Assembly (NCBI GenBank): GCA_963718745.1
Contig: OY970370.1
Location: 1,547,566 to 1,611,565, forward strand
Length of the DNA stretch: 64,000 nt
Origin: Candidatus Fermentibacterota bacterium
GTDB lineage: Bacteria; Fermentibacterota; Fermentibacteria; Fermentibacterales; Fermentibacteraceae
Direction: 5' to 3'
A model generated the notes under the pieces. That model was not told the DNA's origin. It did not search any database and was given only the letters and a program-made list of their open reading frames with translations. A program made the translations under genes and the position numbers. Numbering within the stretch: the first letter of the stretch is position 1; each line of letters starts with the position of its first letter. Below are positions 1 to 10,185 of this stretch, in pieces.

Positions 1-33
1 GCCCGCGGCCTCTTCGTTAACGCCCCCGTGCGG

Positions 34-630
34 CTAGAGTGCGTAGATTCTGCTGATCAGGAGCTCTGCCAGGCTTGTGAGGGTTGCCGTCCTGTCCAGC
101 TCGGGATAGATCGCCACGTCGTACCTGATCCGGATGCAGACGTCTCCCCGGCGGATCAGGATGGCGGCCTTCGTGGCGCCCGCATCCTCCATGGTTCCGA
201 TTATCGCCTGATCCCAGAGTTCGTTCGCAGCTTCGACAGGTTCGTTGACGAAGGCCGTGACCCTGTCGTAGTTGCTCTGTCCCTCGGCGCAGTAAACCAG
301 GAAGTTTACGCAGGAGGCGGCGAGCTGTCCGTCGTAGAAGCTTCCCTGCGGCTTGCCGGCGGCCGGGTCGCTCAGGGTCTCGGCCCAGGGCTGGAAGCCC
401 GTGCGTCCCATGATGGCCTCGACTTCAGCCGGCGTGATGGCATCGTTGATCTCCCAGCCGGCAGGCAGAGTGATCGTCGCGCTGAGGTCGGGGGTTTCGG
501 CAGGCTCTGTGGCAGTCTCCGCAGGCTCCGCCGCGGTATCCGCAGGCTCGTCGGCGGGTTCCCCGCCACAGCCGGGCAGGGCGAACATGGATACGGAGAG
601 CAGGATCGCGAACGTCAGGATACGGAACAT
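34..630 (-). CDS. hypothetical lipoprotein
   Basis: ORF 34..636; internal ATG gives N-terminus MFRILTFAILLSVSMFALPGCGG (signal peptide with lipobox); purine-rich RBS upstream. Confidence 0.6.
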   Translation of the reverse strand: MFRILTFAILLSVSMFALPGCGGEPADEPADTAAEPAETATEPAETPDLSATITLPAGWEINDAITPAEVEAIMGRTGFQPWAETLSDPAAGKPQGSFYDGQLAASCVNFLVYCAEGQSNYDRVTAFVNEPVEAANELWDQAIIGTMEDAGATKAAILIRRGDVCIRIRYDVAIYPELDRTATLTSLAELLISRIYAL

Positions 631-819
631 GGCCACCCCTCTCTCGGGTCGGGAAGTTGTGATACTGCTGGACAGCCTCGAAGCATTGTGCGGCGAGGCC
701 CCTGAATATTAGTCCGGATACGCGTGCGGCGGTATGCGCGGAGTGGCGGGAGATCGCTCCGGGGAGAGATGTGCAGAGGGCCGGGATCGCTCACGGCCCC
801 CCTGCTGCTGCCGTACAGG

Positions 820-1620
820 TCAGAGGTTGCTGAAGATCGTCAGCCTTGGAATCGGCTGGTACCAGTAGTTGAACTCCAGACCGTAGACGATGCTGTCCGG
901 TGCGATCGTGTCGGCCGGGATCCCGGTGACGTTCATCTTGACGAAGTTCCCGCTCGAAAGTTCGATGAAGAGCCTGTCGCCGTCGATCAGATGAATGGAG
1001 TCGACATACCCGGAGTCGGGCGCGATCCTCGGGTTGTTCCCCTTGGCCATGTCGACATGGCTGCCGTCCCCGAAGGGAGCCAGGTCTCCGGAGTTGAGGC
1101 CGACCGGGCTCTGAGCCCATCCCCCGTCGAAACAGTAAGCATCCTGCAGGAAGGCGGGATCGGATGCCTTGCCGAGAGTGCCGCTCGTTTCGCCGAAGAT
1201 GACGGCATCTAGGCTGTCCGCCGGAGCGTGGTTCGACCAGATGGTGAAGCTGCCGCAGAAGACGGGGTGGGTGTTCGCGTAATCCGAGTAATCCTCCGAA
1301 GTGTCGACCCCGTTGAAGGCAAGGACCGTGTAGTAGCCTGCGCCTCCGTTGCTCCGGAGCGACACGTCGTCGACGTATGTCGTGTCGACTACGTTCACCA
1401 GCTCGTCCCAGGAGCCCGTGGTCTCCGACCAGTAGAGCCTGTAGCCGTCGACGTCGGGAACCGAGTTCCACCTGAGGCTGACCTGCGTTCCCGTACAGAG
1501 GCTTTCCACCACTTCGAGGCCTGTAACCTGGGGTAGCGATCCGGTGGGCGACGATGGGTCGCCGCAACCCGGTGCGAGGATCAGTGCGAATGAGACCGAT
1601 GCGAGAACGAGTTTCTTCAT
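820..1620 (-). CDS. hypothetical lipoprotein, possible fibronectin type III-like domain
   Basis: Within ORF 820..2115; start placed at MKKLVLASVSFALILAPGCG (lipoprotein signal) with GGGAGG RBS; the upstream ORF extension is low-complexity. Confidence 0.6.
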   Translation of the reverse strand: MKKLVLASVSFALILAPGCGDPSSPTGSLPQVTGLEVVESLCTGTQVSLRWNSVPDVDGYRLYWSETTGSWDELVNVVDTTYVDDVSLRSNGGAGYYTVLAFNGVDTSEDYSDYANTHPVFCGSFTIWSNHAPADSLDAVIFGETSGTLGKASDPAFLQDAYCFDGGWAQSPVGLNSGDLAPFGDGSHVDMAKGNNPRIAPDSGYVDSIHLIDGDRLFIELSSGNFVKMNVTGIPADTIAPDSIVYGLEFNYWYQPIPRLTIFSNL

Positions 1621-1721
1621 GACCCCTCCCTTGTTCGTGCGTTCGTGAAGATAAAGGATGGCAAGCGTATGCGGGAGTGTTCCGCCGCCCGGCCCTCTCC
1701 GGTCACGCATGGACGGGCTGC

Positions 1722-2522
1722 TCAGGGGTTCGCAGTCCTCGCCAGGCGGAATCCCAGATAGTGCTGATACTCCTCCGGGATCTCGTAGAAGCGATTGGAA
1801 GATGTGCATACTCCCGCGCCCAGGTCGAAGCTCCCGCCTCTGCTTATCCTGAAGGTGTAGCTGTCCTCCTCGATCCAGGCCGAGCCGTCGTCCGGGGCTC
1901 CGGAGTAGTCGGCATGATAGAGATCCTCGCAGAGTTCGATGGCGTTCCCCAGCATGTCGTAGAGTCCCCACGGGTTCGGCTGCAGGCTCCCCGCCGGGTG
2001 CAGCGCGTAGCGGGAGTTGCCGGCGTACCAGCAGTAGAGGGCCATCAGGGCGGGGGAGCCGTCGTCCCCCCAGAAGTACTTCGTCGAGGTTCCGGCTCGG
2101 CAGGCGTATTCCCACTCCGCTTCGCTCGGGAGGCGGTAGGTGTGCTGCGGGTCCAACCTGTTCAGGGTTTCGATGAAGTCATGACAGTCGGCCCAGTCGA
2201 TGTAGTGGACGGGGAACGAGGGGCCGCACCCGTAGAGGCTCCGGCTCGGGTGGGCCCGGTCGCGCTGCTCCTCGATCGTGCGCCCGGTGACGGCCTCCCA
2301 TGCGGCCTGGGTGACCTCCGTGGTCATCATCTCGAAGCTCTCGATCCGGACGGAATGCACGGGCCGCGAGTCTTCGAATGCGTAAGGGGCGTCCGAACCC
2401 ATCATGAAACTGCCCGCCGGGATCGTCACGAACTCCATCCCCAGGTCCGCTGCGACGTCGCCCGCCTCCGCGCCCGTGGTCGCCAGGATCAACGAAGACA
2501 ATAGCATCAGGATCGATTCCAT
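1722..2522 (-). CDS. formylglycine-generating enzyme (FGE/SUMF1) family protein
   Basis: ORF 1722..2552; start at MESILMLL signal; FGE-sulfatase-like motifs (WEYACRAGT, GLYDMLGNAIE, RGGSF). Confidence 0.8.
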   Translation of the reverse strand: MESILMLLSSLILATTGAEAGDVAADLGMEFVTIPAGSFMMGSDAPYAFEDSRPVHSVRIESFEMMTTEVTQAAWEAVTGRTIEEQRDRAHPSRSLYGCGPSFPVHYIDWADCHDFIETLNRLDPQHTYRLPSEAEWEYACRAGTSTKYFWGDDGSPALMALYCWYAGNSRYALHPAGSLQPNPWGLYDMLGNAIELCEDLYHADYSGAPDDGSAWIEEDSYTFRISRGGSFDLGAGVCTSSNRFYEIPEEYQHYLGFRLARTANP

Positions 2523-2601
2523 CTCGTTCCTTCCCGTCCGGTGCGGGCGCATGCCGCTCTCCGATGAAGCCTGGAGGAATATCCGCGCCTCCGCCCCCCG
2601 T

Positions 2602-2630
2602 CACCAGTTCCAGGTTTAAATAAGCTTGAA
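2602..2630. promoter_or_regulatory. conserved 29-bp intergenic motif CACCAGTTCCWGGTTTAAAWWAGCTTGAA (copy 1)
   Basis: Near-identical copy at 43168..43196; contains the CCAG-TTC-CTGG palindrome; sits in the divergent region between the FGE gene and the lipoprotein gene. Confidence 0.35.
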
Positions 2631-2712
2631 TTGGGATTGTTAACGCTAGCGGGAGAAGTTATGCCATCATTCCGTGTTCATCATGGGTAAACGGTCGGAA
2701 TGGAGGTCGAGG

Positions 2713-3651
2713 ATGTCAGGAGGCTCCGATCCAGGTGAAAGGCACGGCCAGGTCCGGATGTCCCGTCAGTCAGGCACCGGCGTTCGCTTCCACGTTGCGC
2801 TCTTCTTCGTCGTTCTCGCAGCCGGCTGCGGAACAGGATCCCCTGGCGGCCCCGGTCCGGAGGAGAACGTCGGCTTCGCCGGCGTGCGCTCCTCCAGCTA
2901 CGGGGTCGATCCCTTCCCGGACCCGGCCGGCTGGGTGGACTGCATCCTCGCCATGTCCGACGCCTTCCCGGGCTCGACGCCGTCCGCCCTCTGGGTTGTG
3001 GGGACGGTCGACGAGGGGATTGGCGGGGTGAACCTGGAGTTCCCGACGCCGGACAGCCTAGTGTATCCGCATGTGAGCTTCTCGGACGAGGACCTGCACG
3101 AGGAGTACCTGGCCTGGTTCGACCAGTGCGGGGTGGAGGTGTTCCTGCAGGTCGAGCCCGGGTACGCGGATGTCGAAACGCTGATCTGCCTGGTCATGCA
3201 GCAGTACGGCGACCATCCCTGCGTCATAGGGTTCGGTGTCGACGTCGAGTGGCTCGGAAACGTCACCGAGGGCGGGGAGGGGACTCCGGTCGGCGATTCG
3301 ACGGCCGCCTCCTGGGAGAGCCTGATACATGGTTTCGATCCGGCGTACGGCCTGTTCCTCAAGCACTGGGACGCTTCGTTCATGCCCCCTTCGTACAGGG
3401 GGAGCATCATCTTCGTGGACGACGGCCAGGGCTACTCAGACATGGGGGCCTACCTGGACGACATGGGGGAGTGGGCGGAGACTTTCGCTCCGAACAGGGT
3501 CTTCTACCAGTACGGATACGAGGCCGACCGGCCCTGGTGGGAGGACCTGGAGTCACCTCCGATCGCCATCGGAGAGGCGCTGGCCGGGCAGACCGCCCAG
3601 GAGTGCGGCCTGTTCTGGGTGGACTTCAACCTATCCGAGCTGCAGCGCTAG
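2713..3651 (+). CDS. hypothetical lipoprotein
   Basis: ORF 2674..3651; ATG at 2713 has a GGAGG RBS; hydrophobic segment VALFFVVLAAGCG with lipobox. The start could also be 2674 or 2758. Confidence 0.6.
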   Translation: MSGGSDPGERHGQVRMSRQSGTGVRFHVALFFVVLAAGCGTGSPGGPGPEENVGFAGVRSSSYGVDPFPDPAGWVDCILAMSDAFPGSTPSALWVVGTVDEGIGGVNLEFPTPDSLVYPHVSFSDEDLHEEYLAWFDQCGVEVFLQVEPGYADVETLICLVMQQYGDHPCVIGFGVDVEWLGNVTEGGEGTPVGDSTAASWESLIHGFDPAYGLFLKHWDASFMPPSYRGSIIFVDDGQGYSDMGAYLDDMGEWAETFAPNRVFYQYGYEADRPWWEDLESPPIAIGEALAGQTAQECGLFWVDFNLSELQR

Positions 3652-3721
3652 TTCCGCGCTAGTTCCTGGTTTCAGATGCTTCAGATGCAGTCATATCACT
3701 ATGTATGGCTATGATTTAGCA

Positions 3722-4438
3722 TCAGTAACGAGTTTCCGATCTGAATGTTGATAGGAATTCTTCGAGTTCCATTCCGTATGTGCTCTCGAAAACATCATCA
3801 GGGTCGCTCCAGAACGTGTGCCGGGTCATGTACTCCTGGAATCTCTCGCGTCCGAACCTCTCGATGAGATTATTCACTATGAGGGCGAATTCGCAGTAGA
3901 TGAACGGCTGCCTGTACTCGACATCCAGTCCTACCTCATCCTCGGAATCGGTGCCAAAAACTGCAGGCGGCATCCAGTTGCCCGCCGCGATAAGCCTCAC
4001 GGTCTCCGCCGAATCCGGATAGAAGGTGGCGCCCATCTGGTCTGCACCGAGTGTCGCCATCCCCTCCATGAGCCATCGCGGATACCGGAGAGCGGCGATC
4101 AGATCCATGTGCTGATAGAGGAGAGTGTGCGACAGCTCGTGCGTGAGGTAGGTCTCCAGCGATATCAGGCCTTCCGCGTCCTCCCTGGAAGCCCATGGCG
4201 AGACCACGATGGAGCCTGAAGGGAAGGCGCAGAGCCTGGCTCTCGAGGGGGAGCGCCGGGAATAGGTCCCATCGTCGCCGAAGAGGAAGACCCTCGGCCT
4301 GGAGCTGAAATCGAGCCCGTGGAACTCCTCCACTCGCCGGGGGAGTGAGTCGATCCAGCCGGTGTCGCCGAAGTCGAATCCCTTCTGGGTGTAGACCGCA
4401 ACGCAGGGATAGTCGGTCCTGTCGAAGCCCACGATCAC
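3722..4438 (-). CDS. putative zinc metallopeptidase (HExxH), 5' end likely frame-disrupted
   Basis: ORF 3722..4438 (GTG); HELSH zinc-binding motif; the upstream in-frame stretch reads like a signal peptide but has no start, while an ATG with RBS lies at 4520 in another frame. Confidence 0.5.
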   Translation of the reverse strand: MIVGFDRTDYPCVAVYTQKGFDFGDTGWIDSLPRRVEEFHGLDFSSRPRVFLFGDDGTYSRRSPSRARLCAFPSGSIVVSPWASREDAEGLISLETYLTHELSHTLLYQHMDLIAALRYPRWLMEGMATLGADQMGATFYPDSAETVRLIAAGNWMPPAVFGTDSEDEVGLDVEYRQPFIYCEFALIVNNLIERFGRERFQEYMTRHTFWSDPDDVFESTYGMELEEFLSTFRSETRY

Positions 4439-4958
4439 CGGGGAGTAGGGGAAGAGCCTGCCCCAGACGAGAGCGTACGAGAGCCCGGGAGCAAGCAGGA
4501 GATTCCTGCTGCTGCCGCATGTGCGGTTCTCCAGCTCTTCCGGCTCTTGTCATCTCCATGCCCCCTGCGTCGTGCGAACCCGGTCTATCCGGCATCGCCG
4601 GGCTGTTCCTGGCGGGAAGGGAGGATTCAACTGTCCGCCGGCACGCCACGGCGGACAGTCCCTTCCGGGACCAGGACTATAGATTCCGGGACGGATGCGA
4701 GCAATAATGACCGGAATGGCGGATCACGCTTCTGGCCGGGAGAGTTGAGCGGTAAGGTTATAGCCTTCTGTGCCCCGGTGCCGCCCTTGCCTGGGAATAT
4801 CCGCACAGCAGCCGTTTGTGAACATCGCTCTGAAGAGCGCCTTGATGGCGGCTGCCATCATGAAGGAATCTTACTTGTCAGCGTGGGGCGGTTGGTGACC
4901 GCAGCGGCAGACAGGGAACAGGGCAGAGATAGTGCCCTGTCCCCCCAGAGAAGCGAAT

Positions 4959-5783
4959 CTAGCGGACTATCGCGAAAGTCGCCGAATCGAACGACTGCCC
5001 TGTGGATGCCGTGACCACATACGCTCCTGACGGGAGAGGGTTCCCGTCGTTGCCGCGGCCGTCGAAGTCGAAGTAAACCTCTTCTGTCGATGTCTGCACA
5101 CCATCGAGAGTTCGCACGCACCGACCCATGATGTCGATTACTTCGGCACCGACAGCTTCGGCGTCATCTCCACGGTAGCGGAAGACGAACGGGCCGGAGA
5201 TTGAGACCCTGGTTACACTCAGCCCGGCTTCGGAAGCAGGAAGAGGAATCCCGGCTGTAATCTCCGAGCCGTCGGAAAGGTTTTCAGGGAAGAACGGTCT
5301 GTACATGACGTCGTAGTTGGTGTGTCCGCTGCTGAGATAGGCCGCCCCTGCAGCGAAGAAATGCCCCGCCTCCGTGACACAGCCACCCATCTGATCGCAG
5401 GATGGGGCAGTTAATCCGAAGGAGCCCGTGTCGGCGCTTCCGACAAAGGAGTGAGTGAGTTCGAAGTCGTTGTTCAGCCTTCCGATCCAAATATACCATT
5501 CGTCTCCATCTCTTACCATGCCGGAGACCATGTAGCCCGCGGAGAACAGCTCGAAATCGTAGACTCTGATCCCATCGAAGGGATTCGGGGGATAGACTTT
5601 GTAATCCCTAAGGAAGTTCAGCGACTCGTCGAGGATAGTAATCGAGATGTATGCATCTGTATGCTGGAAGATGCCCTCCATGCTCTGAGTGGTGATCGGA
5701 TTGCCCATCACGACATAGCCGGGGGCTCCCGGAAGGGGAAATGATGTTCGATCTCCTGATACTGCTGACGATTGCGGCTTCAC
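4959..5783 (-). CDS. protein with T9SS/FlgD-like C-terminal sorting domain, possibly N-terminally truncated
   Basis: C-terminus EVYFDFDGRGNDGNPLPSGAYVVTASTGQSFDSATFAIVR resembles the Por-secretion C-terminal domain; no signal peptide, and the 5' end overlaps the divergent gene at 5741. Confidence 0.45.
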   Translation of the reverse strand: MKPQSSAVSGDRTSFPLPGAPGYVVMGNPITTQSMEGIFQHTDAYISITILDESLNFLRDYKVYPPNPFDGIRVYDFELFSAGYMVSGMVRDGDEWYIWIGRLNNDFELTHSFVGSADTGSFGLTAPSCDQMGGCVTEAGHFFAAGAAYLSSGHTNYDVMYRPFFPENLSDGSEITAGIPLPASEAGLSVTRVSISGPFVFRYRGDDAEAVGAEVIDIMGRCVRTLDGVQTSTEEVYFDFDGRGNDGNPLPSGAYVVTASTGQSFDSATFAIVR

Positions 5784-7354
5784 CGGTCAGGATTGCAGTC
5801 CTGGGTGACAGGACCGGGGGTCCGGACGACGAGGAATTCGAATCAGCCCTCGAGGCGGTCTCGATACTGGCTCCCGACCTGGTGATGAACGTGGGTGATC
5901 TCATCGACGGCTACACCGACGACACGGACGCCCTCGGCGGGCAGTGGGACCATGTCCTCGGCATGATCGACTCAACCCTGGGCGAACTCCCGTTCGTATT
6001 CGTCCCGGGCAATCACGACATCACCTACGACGAGGCCGAGGCCGTCTGGCTGGAGAGGACCGGGACAGGGCCAGACAGGACCGAATCGACCAGCGGTGTC
6101 GAGTTCATTGTCTGGGACACGTCCAGAGACGAGATCCTGGAGGCTGACGATCTGGACCGTCTCGCCGCCCTTCTCGAGGACGTCCGCCCCGGCGGTACAA
6201 CCATCCTCGCGACCCACAGGCCGTTCTGGATGATGTGGGAGACGGATCCGGAGATGGCTGCGAGGCTTCGCGCCATGGTCGCCGCAGCCGACGTGGAGGT
6301 AGTCATCGGGGGCCATATCCATACTTACGCGTGGGAGCAGGTCGACGGGGTCCACTACATTACGATGGGGACATCCGGAGGCGATTACGGGCAGGAGGAC
6401 ATCCAGGCGGGGTGCTTCCCCCAGGTGGGCTGGCTGACGCTGGACGGCGACGAAGCGGCATTCGCCCTCCTGGACCCCAGGTCGGTCCACCCTCTCGATC
6501 TCAACACTGTCATCGAGGAGACCCTGCTCTATCTCGCTACCACAAGGCTGCTCTCGCTCAGGCCTCTCGAGGATGCGCTCGAATCCGCCTCACTCACGGT
6601 GGAATCGATCGAGGACGTGGAGCGCACGGTCGGGATCGCGATCGACCCCGGTTGCTGGGGCTTCGATCCCGAGAGCGTTTCGGTGCTTCTCCCCCCCGGC
6701 GGTCAGGTGCCGGTGCACTTGAGCCAGAATCCGTCCGGAGCTGTCTTCCCCCTCCCCGTGCTGCACGTGAGCATTCCCTACGGTGACAGGGGCAAGATTG
6801 CGGAGTTCGATACGTGCTGGCCTGCGCTGAGGTCGATCGATGCTCCACGGGGCGTTGTGGATATCGACGGTACTGCTTTCCCGACCGAATACCCGGGTCC
6901 GGCCGAGACGCTGTTCGCAGGAGACGGCGGCATGCCGGCGCAGAACGGTCCAATGGAGGTCCTCATAGCCGATTCGGACGGCATGCTCTGCTTCCAGTCC
7001 AGGATGGGCCTGAGCCCGGACGGTCTGCTGGAGGACGAGTCGTTCGCGGTGGTCCTGTTTGCGGACGGCCTCTTCTGGAGGGTCAAGGTCTTCCCGGACG
7101 GCGGCGTCGATGCGATCTGCTACTCCGATGAAGGCATCGAGGAGTGGACGGAAGGATGGCAGGCCGTCTCGACAGTTTCGGAAGGCGGCTGGGAGGCCGA
7201 GATCGGGATCGACCCCGCTGCCGTCGGAGCTTCGGAGCCGGAGCTGCGCACGCACATCTACCGCCTGTCGACCAATGGGTACGCCACCTGGTCGTGGCCC
7301 CTCGAGTTCGACATGGAGGCTATGGGTCTCGTCTGCACGGAGCCGGGGATCTGA
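5741..7354 (+). CDS. metallophosphoesterase (calcineurin-like) family protein with C-terminal extension
   Basis: Motifs VLGDRTGG, GNHD, GGHIHTY; hydrophobic N-terminus. Confidence 0.75.
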   Translation: MMFDLLILLTIAASPVRIAVLGDRTGGPDDEEFESALEAVSILAPDLVMNVGDLIDGYTDDTDALGGQWDHVLGMIDSTLGELPFVFVPGNHDITYDEAEAVWLERTGTGPDRTESTSGVEFIVWDTSRDEILEADDLDRLAALLEDVRPGGTTILATHRPFWMMWETDPEMAARLRAMVAAADVEVVIGGHIHTYAWEQVDGVHYITMGTSGGDYGQEDIQAGCFPQVGWLTLDGDEAAFALLDPRSVHPLDLNTVIEETLLYLATTRLLSLRPLEDALESASLTVESIEDVERTVGIAIDPGCWGFDPESVSVLLPPGGQVPVHLSQNPSGAVFPLPVLHVSIPYGDRGKIAEFDTCWPALRSIDAPRGVVDIDGTAFPTEYPGPAETLFAGDGGMPAQNGPMEVLIADSDGMLCFQSRMGLSPDGLLEDESFAVVLFADGLFWRVKVFPDGGVDAICYSDEGIEEWTEGWQAVSTVSEGGWEAEIGIDPAAVGASEPELRTHIYRLSTNGYATWSWPLEFDMEAMGLVCTEPGI

Positions 7355-7396
7355 CCCCGGCTGTGTGTTGCGGGGCCGCCCCCGCGGTCTCCGGCC

Positions 7397-8449
7397 CTAC
7401 CGCCAGCTCGACGGATCCGTCGGGATGGTCATCCTGACCAGGAAGACCTCTTCCGAACCGGGGCTTGTTCCTGCCGCCAGATACTCATCTGCTGAAGGAT
7501 CGGCGCAGGCGATTCCCGTGAGCCAGTTCGAAGACTGCAGTCCGATCACGGACTCACCGAGCAGGTTGCCCTCGCCGTCGAGCACGACGAGCAGGGGGAG
7601 CATCTCCTCGCAGGTGGAAAGACCGCATCCTGCGACGACCGGGATGGAGGTCGAGCCCACCGCAAGCAGAAGCCCGGAATCGGTCTCGACTGTCTGAAAG
7701 GCATTCGCTGTGCCGAGGCCGAACCCGGTCGTCTTCCAGACAGGTTCCCCGGTGTCCCCGTCCAGGATGCAGACGTACCACGCCCCGGGCGTGGTGAACC
7801 ACTCCGAGACGCTGCCCGACAGGAGCACATCACCGGAACGGGTCAGGGTCATCGACTCGACGCCGGGTCCGGTCTCGCCGTCGAATTCCGGAAGGTCCAG
7901 CAGATAGTAGTTGCTGAGCTGGACGGAGAAGATGACCTCCCCGGACGGCGAGAGACGGAGGACGCGCGTCTCGTTTCTGTTGCAGTCGGGGCGGATGCTC
8001 ACGAGGTATCCGTCCGCCTCAGAGCCGGCCACGACAGGGCAGTTGTCGAACTCGTCGGTTCCATCCAGGGTGCATGTCCACAGCGTGTCTCCCGCCGTTG
8101 TGCAGGCAACGAGGACCTGGTTCCCCGCATAACCCCCGGGCTGGAACACGGTGATCACAGGATCTCCGGACACGATCACAGGCTCGCAGGAAGCCGGGTC
8201 TCCACAGGAGCCTTCAACCAGACCCCATGCGTCATAGTCGTTCACCACAGGCAGCGAATAGATGTACCTGCTCGCGACGAGACCCGTGATCCCGAAGGCT
8301 CCGGCCTCGAAGCCTTCCATGTGGACCGGGTACGTCCCGTACGAGGTGGCGGGTATTCCGCAGGGCAGCTCGGACAGGATTTCAACGGGTGCATTGTCGT
8401 ACGACGCGGGAAGCAGCAGGGCGAGAAGCAGCAGCATCAAGGACACCAC
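7397..8449 (-). CDS. hypothetical secreted protein
   Basis: ORF with signal peptide MVSLMLLLLALLLPASY; Cys/Gly/Thr-rich. Confidence 0.6.
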   Translation of the reverse strand: MVSLMLLLLALLLPASYDNAPVEILSELPCGIPATSYGTYPVHMEGFEAGAFGITGLVASRYIYSLPVVNDYDAWGLVEGSCGDPASCEPVIVSGDPVITVFQPGGYAGNQVLVACTTAGDTLWTCTLDGTDEFDNCPVVAGSEADGYLVSIRPDCNRNETRVLRLSPSGEVIFSVQLSNYYLLDLPEFDGETGPGVESMTLTRSGDVLLSGSVSEWFTTPGAWYVCILDGDTGEPVWKTTGFGLGTANAFQTVETDSGLLLAVGSTSIPVVAGCGLSTCEEMLPLLVVLDGEGNLLGESVIGLQSSNWLTGIACADPSADEYLAAGTSPGSEEVFLVRMTIPTDPSSWR

Positions 8450-8600
8450 CTTCGGCTCGAGTTCGATGATAGATCCGAGGTCGGAATGGACCCGGTATCT
8501 GACGGATTTCAGAGGATCGCTTCACGAAATCCCCGGATTATCATCGGCCTCAGGCCCCGTTGTCACCTATCGAGAAGCCCGGGAACTTCGCCCCGTCGGA

Positions 8601-8792
8601 TCAGCTGCTCCTGCTCGACAGCCGTGTTACCAGCAGGGCGGCGCTCACGCCGGCCGTGATCCCGACTATGCGCCCGGGCCAGACCCCGCCTATCAGCGCC
8701 CCGGAGACGGAGCCCAGGACTAGACAGAGCACCACTGTGACGGCTGTCCAGACAGCCAGAAGCTTCCCGTTTCCTCGGATGCTGAAGGACAT
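8601..8792 (-). CDS. small hypothetical membrane protein
   Basis: Internal start in ORF 8601..8942 gives MSFSIRGNGKLLAVWTAVTVVLCLVLG with two predicted TM helices; downstream of the regulator gene on the same strand. Confidence 0.4.
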   Translation of the reverse strand: MSFSIRGNGKLLAVWTAVTVVLCLVLGSVSGALIGGVWPGRIVGITAGVSAALLVTRLSSRSS

Positions 8793-8938
8793 GTCTACCC
8801 CTCTCCGACGGTTCCAGGTGAAGGATTTGCATGAATCCGCTCTTTCACATACCGGATGACAGGAGAGGGTATTCCCTCTTCCAGGCTCCTCCGGGATCAC
8901 CTGTGTCGTTTCACCAGAGCAGCACTGATCAGCCTTCA

Positions 8939-9253
8939 TCAAGACCCGAGTGCGGCGAGCATGGCCCGCCTGTACCCGTCGAAGGCCTCTCTGCCGGCCG
9001 TGGTCAGCCTGTACATGGTCCGCGGCCTCCGGTCCACGAACTCCTTCTTCTCCTCGACGTAGCCGGCGCCAGCGAGCCTGCTCATGTGCGACGACAGGTT
9101 GCCGTTCGTGAGGCCGGTCCTGTTCAGCAGGAAAACGAAATCGGCGCTGTCGACCACATAGAGATTCGCCATGATGGTCAGGCGAGCGGGTTCGTGTATC
9201 AGCCTGTCGATCCCGGGAAGACCCGCTTCATCCTGTGCGGCTCCCGGGACCAT
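8939..9253 (-). CDS. winged-helix transcriptional regulator (ArsR/HTH_34-like)
   Basis: Start at MVPGAAQ overlaps the stop of the upstream membrane gene; wHTH signature HEPARLTIMANL...GNLSSHMSRLAGAGYVEEKKEF...RPRTMYRLTTAGREAF. Confidence 0.6.
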   Translation of the reverse strand: MVPGAAQDEAGLPGIDRLIHEPARLTIMANLYVVDSADFVFLLNRTGLTNGNLSSHMSRLAGAGYVEEKKEFVDRRPRTMYRLTTAGREAFDGYRRAMLAALGS

Positions 9254-9840
9254 CACGCAGCCTCGACCTTCTGCACCGGGTTCCGCCGGACGAATCTCAC
9301 CAGGAGCAGGACGCCGACAACGAATATCGGCGCCCCTGTGGCCATGACGGGCCAGGTGTGGGGCTGGCCGAAGAACTGCGCGCCTGCGAAGTCGAGCACG
9401 GCCATGATTGCATAGACGTAGAACCTGCCTGCGGACTTTGCCCATGCGACCGCCGCCATGCTGACCGCCACGAAAAGGCCGAGCACTAGGGTCGCGTGAT
9501 TCGATACGGCTCCCAGCCAGGCAACAGGCTTGTCCGCGAAGAACAGAGCAAGGCCCAGGGGGATCGGCAGCAGGACGAGTAGCGCGATGAGCAGCACGCC
9601 CGTCCTCTCGCGGGCCCTGCGGTCCGCCGCGAACCTCACCCTTCCGACCCTGGGGGTCACGACGAACTTCCTGAGCAGTACGGCCAGAAGCAGGCAGTAT
9701 GTCGGGACGAGATAGGCTCCGACGGTGGCAAGGAGCCCGTACCCCAGCAGGCCTGCTCCGACCACGACGTCGAGTAACCCGCTCTCGCTCCTGACGGCAT
9801 AAGCCCTGCTCTCTATCTCCTTCAGATCAAGCGCATCCAT
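9253..9840 (-). CDS. hypothetical integral membrane protein
   Basis: ORF with multiple hydrophobic helices; first gene of a three-gene unit with the wHTH regulator. Confidence 0.6.
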   Translation of the reverse strand: MDALDLKEIESRAYAVRSESGLLDVVVGAGLLGYGLLATVGAYLVPTYCLLLAVLLRKFVVTPRVGRVRFAADRRARERTGVLLIALLVLLPIPLGLALFFADKPVAWLGAVSNHATLVLGLFVAVSMAAVAWAKSAGRFYVYAIMAVLDFAGAQFFGQPHTWPVMATGAPIFVVGVLLLVRFVRRNPVQKVEAA

Positions 9841-9850
9841 CTCCTACCCT

Positions 9851-9885
9851 CCGCAGATTAATTTGTAATGCAAACCGATCTGCGG
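9851..9885. promoter_or_regulatory. inverted repeat CCGCAGAT-N19-ATCTGCGG upstream of membrane/wHTH operon
   Basis: Perfect 8-bp arms 11 nt upstream of the start at 9840; candidate operator. Confidence 0.3.
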
Positions 9886-10185
9886 AAGTATATCAACTAC
9901 CCCGGGAGTGTCAAGGCTGCCCCGGTCCGGTTGCCTTTTGCTTGTCTCAATCCAAAGGCGTGAACCTTATCGTCCACGTGCCGATGGCGGTCTCGTCGTC
10001 GTATGGAAGAAGGATCTCGCAGGGCTCCCCCTCCCCCAGTTTCGAGAGGGGGACCGGAAAGACCACCACGCCGCTCTCGATGGAGGTTTCAGCGAAGTCG
10101 GGATACTGCCACTGCAGCTCCGGCCCCAATTTGACACGGATCCGCACCGTCCTGATTTTCGACAGGAGATGCAATCAGGACCACT

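Noticed and set aside
28-705. 225-aa ORF on the plus strand
   Set aside because: Fully antisense to the lipoprotein gene 34..630; Arg/Gly-rich low-complexity translation typical of high-GC antisense frames.
1677-2504. 275-aa plus-strand ORF
   Set aside because: Antisense to the FGE-family gene, which has clear conserved motifs; no protein-like features.
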